NCBI GenBank assembly: GCA_016935045.1
Contig: JAFGRS010000340.1
Span: 1 to 25,050, forward strand
Reading direction: 5' to 3'
Length of the DNA: 25,050 nt
Origin: Lentisphaeria bacterium
Lineage (GTDB): Bacteria > Verrucomicrobiota > Lentisphaeria > Oligosphaerales > JAFGRS01
A program made the position numbers and the translations under genes. The notes under the pieces are model-generated. The model saw only the letters and a list, made by a program, of their open reading frames with translations, was not told where the DNA came from and searched no databases. Positions 1 through 8,820 of the stretch are shown here, piece by piece (positions within the stretch are counted from its first letter, which is position 1; each line of letters opens with the position of its first letter).

Positions 1-1197
1 CGAGCCCTTGACGGTCGGCGCATCCCAGTGCAGGGTCCGGGTGGCGTCGTCATAGACGGCCCCGGTCGGCAGCGGCAACACCGGCGCCACGGTCAGGCCG
101 GCGGCAGGGGATTCCGCGTCCGTGATCACGATCGGCAGGTGCACCGGGGTGCCCACCACCACCGTGGCCGTGATTCCCGTGACGTAGGGCGCCGTGTTCG
201 ATGTTGCGGCCATGACCGGGTACTCGGCGCCCACGGCGAGTTTCCAGTACCAGCTGCCGGACATCACCAGCACCTCCGCGTCGGCTCCCATCAGGTCCGA
301 GTAGATGCGGCCATCCGAACGCAGCGCGAAGAAGCTGTCTCCCCACATGGCCAGATCCATGTAGATGGTGTCCTCATCGCTGGCACTGCCGGGGAAGTCG
401 AACCAGGCGTTGGCGGGATCGGGGTCACGATAGACGCGTCCGTCCCGGCGCAGCGCGACCCAGCGCCCGAGGCTGTCCATGTCGAGGTCCGCATAGAGGT
501 CGCCCAACTCGGGGTTGTCGTCAGAGGGAAGATGCGTAACCTGCTCGCCCCCGCCGCCGGGCGCGGCCGTGAGCAGGCCCCGGAACAGGGAACCGTCCGT
601 ACGCAGGGCATAGAGGTAGCCGTTCGTCGGGTGTACCTTGAGCGCCACCCAGATGCTGTCGTAGTCGTCGCCGTCGTCGCCCTCCCGGAAACGGAACAGC
701 GGCTCGGTGTTGGTGTCCCGATACACGTTGCCGTCCGAGCGCAGGGAGTAGGTCGAGCCGCCGTGCCGCAGCAGCCGCGTGAACAGGTCGTCGTCGTTGG
801 GCAGACTGGCAATGGTCACCTCGTTGGCCGCCAGCTTGCCGTCCCGCCGGATGGCGTACCGCGTCCCGCCATCGACGGCCATGGAGACCCAGTAGTCGTC
901 GTCGTCACTGGGCAACCGGGTCGCCAGTTTGGCGCCGTTCATGGCGACCAGGCCGTCCCGGCGCAAGGCGTAGCGGTCGGCCCCCTCAACCTGCAAGTCC
1001 ACCCAGGAGTCCTCCGGATCCTCTGCCGGCTGGCTCGGATCGAACTCCCCCGGGAGCGTCTCCACCGTGTTGCCGTTGATGGCCGTCTTGCCGGCCGCGT
1101 TGAGACCGTACAGGTACAGGTCCGCCTCCGCCGGGCAGGTACCCAGAAGAGCCAGTGCGGCGATGCCAGCCGCTCGTCCGACACGGTTGATCGTCAT
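1..1197 (-). CDS. Secreted beta-propeller repeat protein followed by an Ig/cadherin-like domain (3'-partial, runs off the window edge)
   Basis: Hand translation from ATG 1197 is open to base 1: MTINRVGRAAGIAALALLGTCPAEA|DLYLYGLNAAGK... GGAGGG RBS-like site upstream; signal-peptide-like N-terminus; six [YFW]x[AS][LI]R[RST]DG repeats; C-terminal ...LPLPTGAVYDDATRTLHWDAPTVKGS resembles an Ig-like sandwich. Absent from the ORF track, probably because no stop lies inside the window. Confidence 0.85.
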   Translation of the reverse strand, partial: MTINRVGRAAGIAALALLGTCPAEADLYLYGLNAAGKTAINGNTVETLPGEFDPSQPAEDPEDSWVDLQVEGADRYALRRDGLVAMNGAKLATRLPSDDDDYWVSMAVDGGTRYAIRRDGKLAANEVTIASLPNDDDLFTRLLRHGGSTYSLRSDGNVYRDTNTEPLFRFREGDDGDDYDSIWVALKVHPTNGYLYALRTDGSLFRGLLTAAPGGGGEQVTHLPSDDNPELGDLYADLDMDSLGRWVALRRDGRVYRDPDPANAWFDFPGSASDEDTIYMDLAMWGDSFFALRSDGRIYSDLMGADAEVLVMSGSWYWKLAVGAEYPVMAATSNTAPYVTGITATVVVGTPVHLPIVITDAESPAAGLTVAPVLPLPTGAVYDDATRTLHWDAPTVKGS

Positions 1198-1282
1198 GAG
1201 ATCGTGCCCTCCGGTGTTGTTCCGGGAATCGTGTGCGCCAGTGCCGCGTGGGTCCGTCTGGCACGGGTAGGCATCCGCCCGC

Positions 1283-1331
1283 AGCGAGCGCCATGCCACG
1301 CCGTGCCTGCATCGTAGCACGGACGATGCCA
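1283..1331 (-). promoter_or_regulatory. Two candidate sigma54 -24/-12 motifs for the propeller gene
   Basis: Minus strand TGGCATCGTCCGTGCT (1331-1316) and TGGCATGGCGCTCGCT (1298-1283), both GG-N10-GC, versus consensus TGGCACGNNNNTTGCW. Confidence 0.3.
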
Positions 1332-1473
1332 CGATGCCATCGGCTGTCGCGTTAGTTGCTTTCCATAAACGGCTAAAGACGTGATGCCACGGTGTGACGA
1401 AAGGGGACTTCCTCCCCCCCCCGGCACACGACATATCGCGCGCGCCCCGAAATGCCGGGTCGCCCCCCGTACC

Positions 1474-1536
1474 CGCGAGCCTTCCCCGAGCCTGGAGCGC
1501 GAGCGTACCGCGAGCCTTCCCGGCGTGGACTGAGGC
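1474..1536. repeat. Dispersed ~63-nt element, copy 1, with two internal sub-repeats 35 nt apart
   Basis: CGCGAGCCTTCCCCGAGCCTGGAGCGCGAGCGTACCGCGAGCCTTCCCGGCGTGGACTGAGGC; about 90% identical by eye to 17004-17065. Confidence 0.9.
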
Positions 1537-1560
1537 ATTGCCAACTTCTTTCCGTTGCGC

Positions 1561-1589
1561 TTGCAGGGGCGGCACTTCCGGCGTATATT
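1561..1589 (+). promoter_or_regulatory. Putative sigma70 promoter of rpsA
   Basis: TTGCAG-N17-TATATT, about 105 nt upstream of the rpsA ATG. Confidence 0.65.
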
Positions 1590-1694
1590 CAGTAATTTGG
1601 CCGCGGGGCTCATTTCCGCGCGTTTCCGGGACCGGCCTGTCGTCGGGACCACAGACAGGGAAGCGCGCTACGGCAACCAGACGAGACGAGAAAC

Positions 1695-3653
1695 ATGGCA
1701 GCCAGCAACCCAACCCCAACCCACAGCATCGATCTGAACAACATGCCCAGCATGGACGATCTGTTGTCCCAGGAGACCAAGAAGGTCCTCCAGGAGGGGC
1801 GCATTGTCCAGGGGCGCATCGCGGAGCGGCGGGACAACGGCATCCTGGTGGACATCGGCTACAAGGCCGAGGGTTTCGTCGACAGGGAGGAGTTCCGGGA
1901 CTGGACCGAGCTGAAGGTCGGTCAGGTCATCGACGTCTATCTGGAGGAGATCGAGGACGAGGACAACATGCCGGTCCTGAGTTACCGCAAGGCGGAACTG
2001 CAGAAGGCATGGGACAACATCGTCACGAACTACCAGGAGGGGAGCAACATCCGGGGCGCGATCCGGCATCGGGTGAAGGGTGGACTGATCGTGGACGTCG
2101 GGGTGGAGGCCTTTCTGCCGGGCTCGCAGGTGGATCTGGGGCCGGTGCGGAACCTGGACGACTACCTGGGCAAGGAGTGCGATTTCCGCATTCTGAAGAT
2201 CAACCCGGAGCGCCGCAACATCGTGGTGTCCCGGCGCGAGATCCTCGAAGAGGAACGGGCGGAACAGCGTGCCAAGCTGCTGGAAGAGCTGAAGCCCAAC
2301 GAGATCCGCCGCGGGATGGTGAAGAACATCACCGATTTCGGCGCCTTTGTCGACCTCAACGGCATGGACGGACTGCTCCACATCACGGACATGTCCTGGG
2401 GCCGGGTCAATCACCCCAGCGAGGTCGTCAAGGTGGGGGAAGAGATCGACGTGATGATCCTGGACGTGGACCGGGGCCGGCAGCGTGTGAGCCTCGGGCT
2501 GAAGCAGAAGGAAGGGAATCCCTGGGACACGGTGGACGTCAAGTATCCCATCGGTTCGAGGGTGAAGGGGCGGGTGGTGAACGTGATGCCCTACGGCGGG
2601 TTCGTCGAGCTCGAGGAGGGCATCGAGGGTCTGATCCACGTATCCGAGATGAGCTGGACGAAGAAGATCAACCGCGGCAGCGACGTGTTGCAGGTGGGTG
2701 ACGAGGTGGAGGCGGTGGTTCTGGACGTGCAGAAGGAGGCCCGCAAGATCAGCCTGGGTCTGCGTCAGACGATGCCGAACCCGTGGGAGGTCATTGCGGA
2801 GCAGTTCCCCAAGGGCACCAAGATCCGCGGCAAGGTCCGCAACATGACCAGCTACGGGGCCTTTGTCCAGATCCAGGACGACATCGACGGCATGATCCAC
2901 GTCAGCGACATGAGCTGGACCCGCAAGGTCAACCACCCGAGCGAAGTGCTGCAGAAGGGCGATGAGATCGAGGCGGTGATCCTGGACATCGACCCCTCCC
3001 AGCAGCGCATCTCTCTCGGCATGCGGCAGCTCATGGACGACCCCTGGTCGAACATCGAGCAGCAGTACCGCGTGAACGACGTGGTCGAGGGCACGGTCAC
3101 GAAGCTCGCCAGCTTCGGGGCTTTCGTGGAACTCGCCAACGGCGTGGACGGCCTGATCCACATTTCCCAGCTTGCGGACGAGCGGGTCAACCGGGTCCGG
3201 GATGTGGTCAATGTCGGCGACCACGTCAAGGCCCGTGTCGTGCGCATCGACGCCGAGGAGCGGCGCATCGGCCTCAGCCTCCGGGACGCGGCGGCGGACG
3301 GGGAATACGCCGCCGAATACGAAACCGCGCGCCCGACCGGCGAACTGCGCCCCGGCGACGACCTCGTGGCCATCGGCAACATCCTGGACGAAGCCTTCGC
3401 CGACGCACGCCTGGAACGGGACTCCGCCGCGACCGAGGGGGAACCCGCTCCGGGAGAACAAGCCCCCGAGGCGGACGCCCCCGCGGAGCCCGCCGCCGTT
3501 GCCCCCGAGGCGGACGCCCCCGAGGAGCCCGCGGCCGTTGCCCCCGAGGCGGACGCCCCCGCGGAGCCCGCGGCCGTTGCCCCCGAGGCGGACGCCCCCG
3601 AGGCGGCGCGGGAGGATGAGCAGGACACGGGAGAGGAGAACAGGGCGCCCTGA
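1695..3653 (+). CDS. rpsA: 30S ribosomal protein S1 with acidic low-complexity C-terminal tail
   Basis: Six S1 (OB) domains with typical motifs (VDIGYKAEG, FLPGSQVD, FGAFVDL.GMDGLLHITDMSW, GLIHVSEMSW). Confidence 0.99.
   Translation: MAASNPTPTHSIDLNNMPSMDDLLSQETKKVLQEGRIVQGRIAERRDNGILVDIGYKAEGFVDREEFRDWTELKVGQVIDVYLEEIEDEDNMPVLSYRKAELQKAWDNIVTNYQEGSNIRGAIRHRVKGGLIVDVGVEAFLPGSQVDLGPVRNLDDYLGKECDFRILKINPERRNIVVSRREILEEERAEQRAKLLEELKPNEIRRGMVKNITDFGAFVDLNGMDGLLHITDMSWGRVNHPSEVVKVGEEIDVMILDVDRGRQRVSLGLKQKEGNPWDTVDVKYPIGSRVKGRVVNVMPYGGFVELEEGIEGLIHVSEMSWTKKINRGSDVLQVGDEVEAVVLDVQKEARKISLGLRQTMPNPWEVIAEQFPKGTKIRGKVRNMTSYGAFVQIQDDIDGMIHVSDMSWTRKVNHPSEVLQKGDEIEAVILDIDPSQQRISLGMRQLMDDPWSNIEQQYRVNDVVEGTVTKLASFGAFVELANGVDGLIHISQLADERVNRVRDVVNVGDHVKARVVRIDAEERRIGLSLRDAAADGEYAAEYETARPTGELRPGDDLVAIGNILDEAFADARLERDSAATEGEPAPGEQAPEADAPAEPAAVAPEADAPEEPAAVAPEADAPAEPAAVAPEADAPEAAREDEQDTGEENRAP
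3462..3603 (+). repeat. In-frame 39-nt tandem repeat (~3.6 copies, APEADAP[AE]EPAAV) in the rpsA 3' end
   Basis: Units start at 3462, 3501, 3540 and 3579 (partial) and differ by only 1-2 nt. Confidence 0.97.
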
Positions 3654-3747
3654 CGGGCCGCAGAGGGTCTGCAGGCGCAGCGGGAACGCGTGCTCCCGGG
3701 CTTCGGCGCCGGCTCCCGGGGCCGCCAAAAAAGCCACGCCCGTCGGC

Positions 3748-3775
3748 TTGACGATGGGCCCGTTGGGCATACATT
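3748..3775 (+). promoter_or_regulatory. Putative sigma70 promoter of the tRNA-Thr-tuf transcript
   Basis: TTGACG-N16-TACATT, 23 nt before the tRNA. Confidence 0.65.
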
Positions 3776-3798
3776 GTTCGACCTAGGATTTTCCGGGC

Positions 3799-3874
<76 letters not shown>

Positions 3875-4019
3875 GGATGAGGCGTACCGCGAGGTCTGCG
3901 GTCGCCGGCCGCCGGCGGACGCAGAGGATGCTGCGCGCCTCGGCAACGGCAGGCTGTCAGCCAGGAAGACGGCGTTGATTCATTCCATGCGATTGTGTTC
4001 AGTCAGGAGGTGAACGAAG

Positions 4020-5228
<1,209 letters not shown>

Positions 5229-5337
5229 CGGGACCCTGGCACGCCGGGGCGCGGCCCCCGGGAGGAGCATCCCCTCGGGGGTGTGATCCGGTGGGGCGCG
5301 TCCGCTGCGGGGTACCCAAAGCATCGAGGGTGCGGCC

Positions 5338-5490
5338 ATGCCGTCCGAGATCATCACATTGGCCTGTACCGAGTGCAAGCGCCGGAACTACACCACGGTG
5401 AAGAACCGCCGCAATACGTCGGGACGAATCGAGCTGAAGAAGTTCTGCCCCTTCGAGCGGAAGGCGACGTTGCATCGGGAAACCCGCTGA
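5338..5490 (+). CDS. rpmG: 50S ribosomal protein L33 (50 aa, not in ORF track)
   Basis: Hand translation [50 protein letters not shown]; typical position between tuf and secE. Confidence 0.97.
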   Translation: MPSEIITLACTECKRRNYTTVKNRRNTSGRIELKKFCPFERKATLHRETR

Positions 5491-5522
5491 GCAGGTGGCA
5501 GACCGTGGTCTGTGAATGGTGC

Positions 5523-5598
5523 AGGTGAGTAGCTCAATTGGTAGAGCAGCGGTCTCCAAAACCGCAGGTCGCAGGTTCGATTCCTGTCTCACCTGCCA
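5523..5598 (+). tRNA. tRNA-Trp (anticodon CCA)
   Basis: Acceptor AGGTGAG/CTCACCT, anticodon arm GCGGT-CTCCAAA-ACCGC, GGTTCGATTCC, encoded CCA; 76 nt. Confidence 0.98.
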
Positions 5599-5666
5599 GC
5601 TTCTCACCCACGCCGGAATCTAGCGTCAGGAGCAGGGCAGCCCGGGGTACGGGCAGGTACACGTCC

Positions 5667-5867
5667 ATGGTCAACCCGATTGAGAAGATCAGGAAAGCAT
5701 ACCACGACACGGTCACGGAGCTGAAGAAGTGCACCTGGCCGACGTGGAACGAGCTCGTTGACAGTACGGTGGTCGTCATCGTCTCGGTTGCCATCCTCAG
5801 CGTTTTCGTGGGAGCCACCGACTGGGTCGTGCGCGCGGTCATTCAGGTGCTCACGGTCAGCCGCTAG
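5667..5867 (+). CDS. secE: Preprotein translocase subunit SecE (66 aa)
   Basis: ELKKCTWPTWNEL matches the SecE signature, followed by one TM helix. Start taken at ATG 5667 because the track start at 5538 lies inside the tRNA. Confidence 0.96.
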   Translation: MVNPIEKIRKAYHDTVTELKKCTWPTWNELVDSTVVVIVSVAILSVFVGATDWVVRAVIQVLTVSR

Positions 5868-5936
5868 AGGACGGCCGGGCCCGGAGGATGCCACGGATGG
5901 CGTCTCCGCGGTGGGATTACACAGGACAGGGCAGCG

Positions 5937-6503
5937 ATGAGCGACACGCAGCATGACCGGGCCCAGTGGTTCGTGGTCCAGACCATGTCGGGCCAGGAAT
6001 TCAAGGTCAAGCAGAGCATCGAGCGGCGCCGGGAGAGCGAGGGTCTGGCGGATTTGGTCCTGGAGGTGGTGATCCCCACCGAGAAGGTGTCCGAACGCCG
6101 CCAGGGGCGCCGGGTGACCACCGAGCGCAAGCTCTATCCCGGCTACATCCTGATGAAGGCGTGCCTGTTCGAGGAGGACGGCAAGACCAACCACAAGGCC
6201 TGGTACTTCATCCGGGACACGCAGGGAATCATCGGTTTCATCGGCGGGGAGAAGCCGGTCCCGCTCTCGCCCCAGGAAGTGGACGAGATGCTGCAGCAGT
6301 GCCAGGCCAGTGAGGAGGCCAGCAAGCCGAAGGTCCAGTTCCAGATCGGCGAAACGGTGACGATCCGCGACGGCGCCTTCGAGAACTTCGAGGGCGTCAT
6401 CGAGAACGTGGATTCGGACCGCGGCAAGCTGCGGGTGTCGGTCAGCATTTTCGGGCGCTCCACCCCGGTGGAAGTGGAGTATTGGCAGGTCGAGCGCGCC
6501 TGA
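5937..6503 (+). CDS. nusG: Transcription termination/antitermination factor NusG
   Basis: WFVVQTMSGQE, LYPGYIL, KOW motif (GETVTIRDGAFENFEG), VSIFGRSTPVE. Confidence 0.98.
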   Translation: MSDTQHDRAQWFVVQTMSGQEFKVKQSIERRRESEGLADLVLEVVIPTEKVSERRQGRRVTTERKLYPGYILMKACLFEEDGKTNHKAWYFIRDTQGIIGFIGGEKPVPLSPQEVDEMLQQCQASEEASKPKVQFQIGETVTIRDGAFENFEGVIENVDSDRGKLRVSVSIFGRSTPVEVEYWQVERA

Positions 6504-6553
6504 TTGCCCGGCGTGTCTCGGGAACGGAAGCTGGTAACACAGCAGACGTGCCC

Positions 6554-6582
6554 CTGGGAGAGTCCCTGTCAGCTCTGACCAG
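6554..6582 (+). promoter_or_regulatory. Candidate L1-binding autoregulatory site in the rplK leader
   Basis: CTGG-GAG-AG...CT-CTGA-CCAG: helix / GAG internal loop / helix, resembling known L1 mRNA operators (established knowledge, matched by eye). Confidence 0.45.
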
Positions 6583-6602
6583 CGGCGCGAAGAAAGGGAA
6601 CC

Positions 6603-7037
6603 ATGGCAAAGAAAGTCGTTGGCGTGGTGCGTTTGCAGATTCCCGCCGGCGCCGCCAATCCGGCCCCACCCGTGGGACCGGCCCTGGGCCAGGCCGGCGT
6701 GAACATCATGGAATTCTGCAAGCAGTTCAACGCTGCGACCCAGGGGCAGGCCGGGCTGGTCATCCCGGTGGTCATCACGGTCTATCAGGACCGCTCCTTC
6801 ACCTTCATCACCAAAAGCCCTCCCGCGGCGGTGCTGCTGAAGAAGGCGGCGAATCTGGCGAGCGGCGCCAAGACGCCGGGCCGGGAGACGGTGGGGAAGG
6901 TGACCCGCGGAGATGTCGAGGCCATCGCCGAGACGAAGAAGGAGGACCTCAACGCCCGGGACCTGGACGCAGCAGTGCGGATCATTGCCGGAACGGCGCG
7001 AAGCATGGGAATCGAGGTGAGCGATGAAGAGAAGTAA
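6603..7037 (+). CDS. rplK: 50S ribosomal protein L11
   Basis: [36 protein letters not shown]; overlaps the rplA start by 14 nt. Confidence 0.99.
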   Translation: MAKKVVGVVRLQIPAGAANPAPPVGPALGQAGVNIMEFCKQFNAATQGQAGLVIPVVITVYQDRSFTFITKSPPAAVLLKKAANLASGAKTPGRETVGKVTRGDVEAIAETKKEDLNARDLDAAVRIIAGTARSMGIEVSDEEK

Positions 7038-7719
7038 GCTTTATCGCGCCCGGTTGCAGGCCGTCGATCGGCAGACGCGGTATCCCGTGGAAGACGCCAT
7101 CGTCCTCCTCAAGGGGCTTCCCGTCCCCAAGTTCGACGAGACCGTCGAACTGGCCTTCAAGCTGGGCGTCGACCCGCGGCAGTCCGACCAGGTGGTACGG
7201 GGAGCGATCGTCCTGCCCCGTGGGATCGGCAAGGCCGTGCGGGTGGCCGTGATTGCCGAAGGCGAGGCCGCGCAGAAAGCCCGGGACGCGGGTGCCGATA
7301 CGGTCGGTTTCGAGGACGTGCTGGAGCGGATCAAGGGCGGCTGGCTGGAGTTCGATGTCCTGATCGCGACGCCCGACGCCATGCGCCAGGTGCGTACCCT
7401 GGGACGCATCCTGGGGCCCCGGGGCCTGATGCCCAACCCCAAGACGGGTACGGTGACCGACGACACGGCGCTGGCCGTGCAGGAAGCCAAGGCGGGCCGG
7501 GTGGAATACCGCTGCGACCGCGGCGGCTGCGTGCACATGCCGATCGGAAAGCTGTCGTTCCCTGCGGAAGCCCTGGCCGAAAACGCCCAGGCGGCGGTGC
7601 AGACCATTCTGCGTGCCAGGCCGGTCGCGGCCAAGGGCACGTACCTGGTGGCCGCGACCCTGTGCTCGACCATGAGTCCGGGGATTCGCCTGGACATCAG
7701 GAATGCGGTGAAGGCATAA
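7024..7719 (+). CDS. rplA: 50S ribosomal protein L1
   Basis: [37 protein letters not shown]. Confidence 0.99.
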   Translation: MKRSKLYRARLQAVDRQTRYPVEDAIVLLKGLPVPKFDETVELAFKLGVDPRQSDQVVRGAIVLPRGIGKAVRVAVIAEGEAAQKARDAGADTVGFEDVLERIKGGWLEFDVLIATPDAMRQVRTLGRILGPRGLMPNPKTGTVTDDTALAVQEAKAGRVEYRCDRGGCVHMPIGKLSFPAEALAENAQAAVQTILRARPVAAKGTYLVAATLCSTMSPGIRLDIRNAVKA

Positions 7720-7724
7720 AGCGG

Positions 7725-8249
7725 ATGAGACCGGAAAAGCAACAACTGGCTCAGGACATTCGGGCCCTGATCGACTCCTCTTCGAGTCTGTTCCTGATCA
7801 GCTACAAGGGCCTCACAACGGCTGCGTTCGGCGAACTGCGTCGGGTCCTGGACCCGGTGGGCAGCGAGTGCCACGTGGTGCCGAACCGGCTGTTCAGGAT
7901 CGCGGCTTCGGAGAGCGGACTGACGACGGTGGCGGACATCGACCTGCGGGAGGACACGGCCCTGGTGACCGGGGGCAGCGATCCCGTGGCGGTGGCCAAG
8001 GTCCTGCGGGATTTCGCCAAGGATCATCCCCAGACGAGCATCAAGCTCGGGGTCCTGGAGGGCAGGCTGTGCACTGCCGCGGAAGCGGTGTCGTTGGCCG
8101 GCCTCCCCCCACGCGAGGTGCTGTTGGCGCAGCTCCTCGGGTTACTCCAGGCGCCGGCGTCCCAGCTGGTCCGGGTGCTGCAGGCCAAGGTGGCGAGTGT
8201 GGTGTACGTGCTGAGCGCGTACTTGAACGAGAAAGAGAAAGCAGCCTAA
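7725..8249 (+). CDS. rplJ: 50S ribosomal protein L10 (174 aa)
   Basis: Start MRPEKQQ at ATG 7725; [28 protein letters not shown]; lies between rplA and rplL. Confidence 0.96.
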   Translation: MRPEKQQLAQDIRALIDSSSSLFLISYKGLTTAAFGELRRVLDPVGSECHVVPNRLFRIAASESGLTTVADIDLREDTALVTGGSDPVAVAKVLRDFAKDHPQTSIKLGVLEGRLCTAAEAVSLAGLPPREVLLAQLLGLLQAPASQLVRVLQAKVASVVYVLSAYLNEKEKAA

Positions 8250-8271
8250 TCACGTACGGAGGATTTCAGGC

Positions 8272-8682
8272 ATGTCAGACGAAACAAAAGCGACCGTCTC
8301 CGGCGAAATGGAGAAGTTCATCGCCTTCATCGAGAATCTCACGGTTCTTGAGCTGTCGCAACTGGTCAAGGCCCTCGAGGACCGCCTGGGCGTAAGCGCC
8401 GCGGCGCCCATGGCCGTTGCGGCCGTTGGTGCGGGTGCGCCTGCCGGCGAAGCGCCCGCCGAAGAAGAGAAGACCGAGTTCGACGTCCTGCTGGTCGCGG
8501 GTGGCGAGAAGAAGATTGCCGTGATCAAGGTGGTGCGGGCCGTGACGGGTCTGGGTCTGAAGGAGGCCAAGGACCTGGTTACCGAGGCCCCGAAGCCCGT
8601 GAAGACCGGCATCCCCAAGGACGAGGCCGAGAAGATCAAGGCCGACCTGGAGGAAGCCGGGGCGACGGTCGAGCTCAAATAG
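8272..8682 (+). CDS. rplL: 50S ribosomal protein L7/L12
   Basis: [40 protein letters not shown]; SD GGAGGA. Confidence 0.99.
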   Translation: MSDETKATVSGEMEKFIAFIENLTVLELSQLVKALEDRLGVSAAAPMAVAAVGAGAPAGEAPAEEEKTEFDVLLVAGGEKKIAVIKVVRAVTGLGLKEAKDLVTEAPKPVKTGIPKDEAEKIKADLEEAGATVELK

Positions 8683-8717
8683 CGTTACGCCGACCAGACG
8701 GCATGGATCGGCATCCA

Positions 8718-8763
8718 GGGGCGTCGGGAGGATGGCGGCTGTCCGTCCTCCCGGCGACCCTTT
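8718..8763 (+). terminator. Strong hairpin / attenuator-like terminator between rplL and rpoB
   Basis: CGTCGGGAGGATGG (8722-8735) pairs with CCGTCCTCCCGGCG (8743-8756), 14 bp including G-U pairs, followed only by a short TTTG. Confidence 0.55.
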
Positions 8764-8820
8764 GTGGCATGCACGGAACGGCGGTGTTTCCAGCAACCCT
8801 TTTTGCGAGGCGGAACAGGC

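Noticed and set aside
1120-1160. LLGTC considered as a lipobox in the propeller protein
   Set aside because: Thr at -1 is non-canonical, and AEA four residues later fits an SPase I site better; SignalP would decide.
28-1317. 429-aa plus-strand ORF
   Set aside because: Mirror frame of the minus-strand propeller gene, which has an RBS, signal peptide and repeat structure.
1394-2701. 435-aa alternative-frame ORF over rpsA, and others such as 13836-16343 and 18451-19146
   Set aside because: Arg/Gly/Pro-rich off-frame translations overlapping unambiguous housekeeping genes.
3462-3603. Tandem repeat considered as a CRISPR array
   Set aside because: Units are contiguous with no unique spacers, are in frame within rpsA, and no cas genes are present.
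3690-3733. Possible rpsA terminator near the A6 run
   Set aside because: The A-run lies 3' of the GC segment on the + strand, the wrong polarity for termination on either strand, and the stem is ambiguous.
5255-5281. GC hairpin after tuf considered as a terminator
   Set aside because: The stem exists but has no U-tract; more likely a stability or processing hairpin within a continuing transcript.
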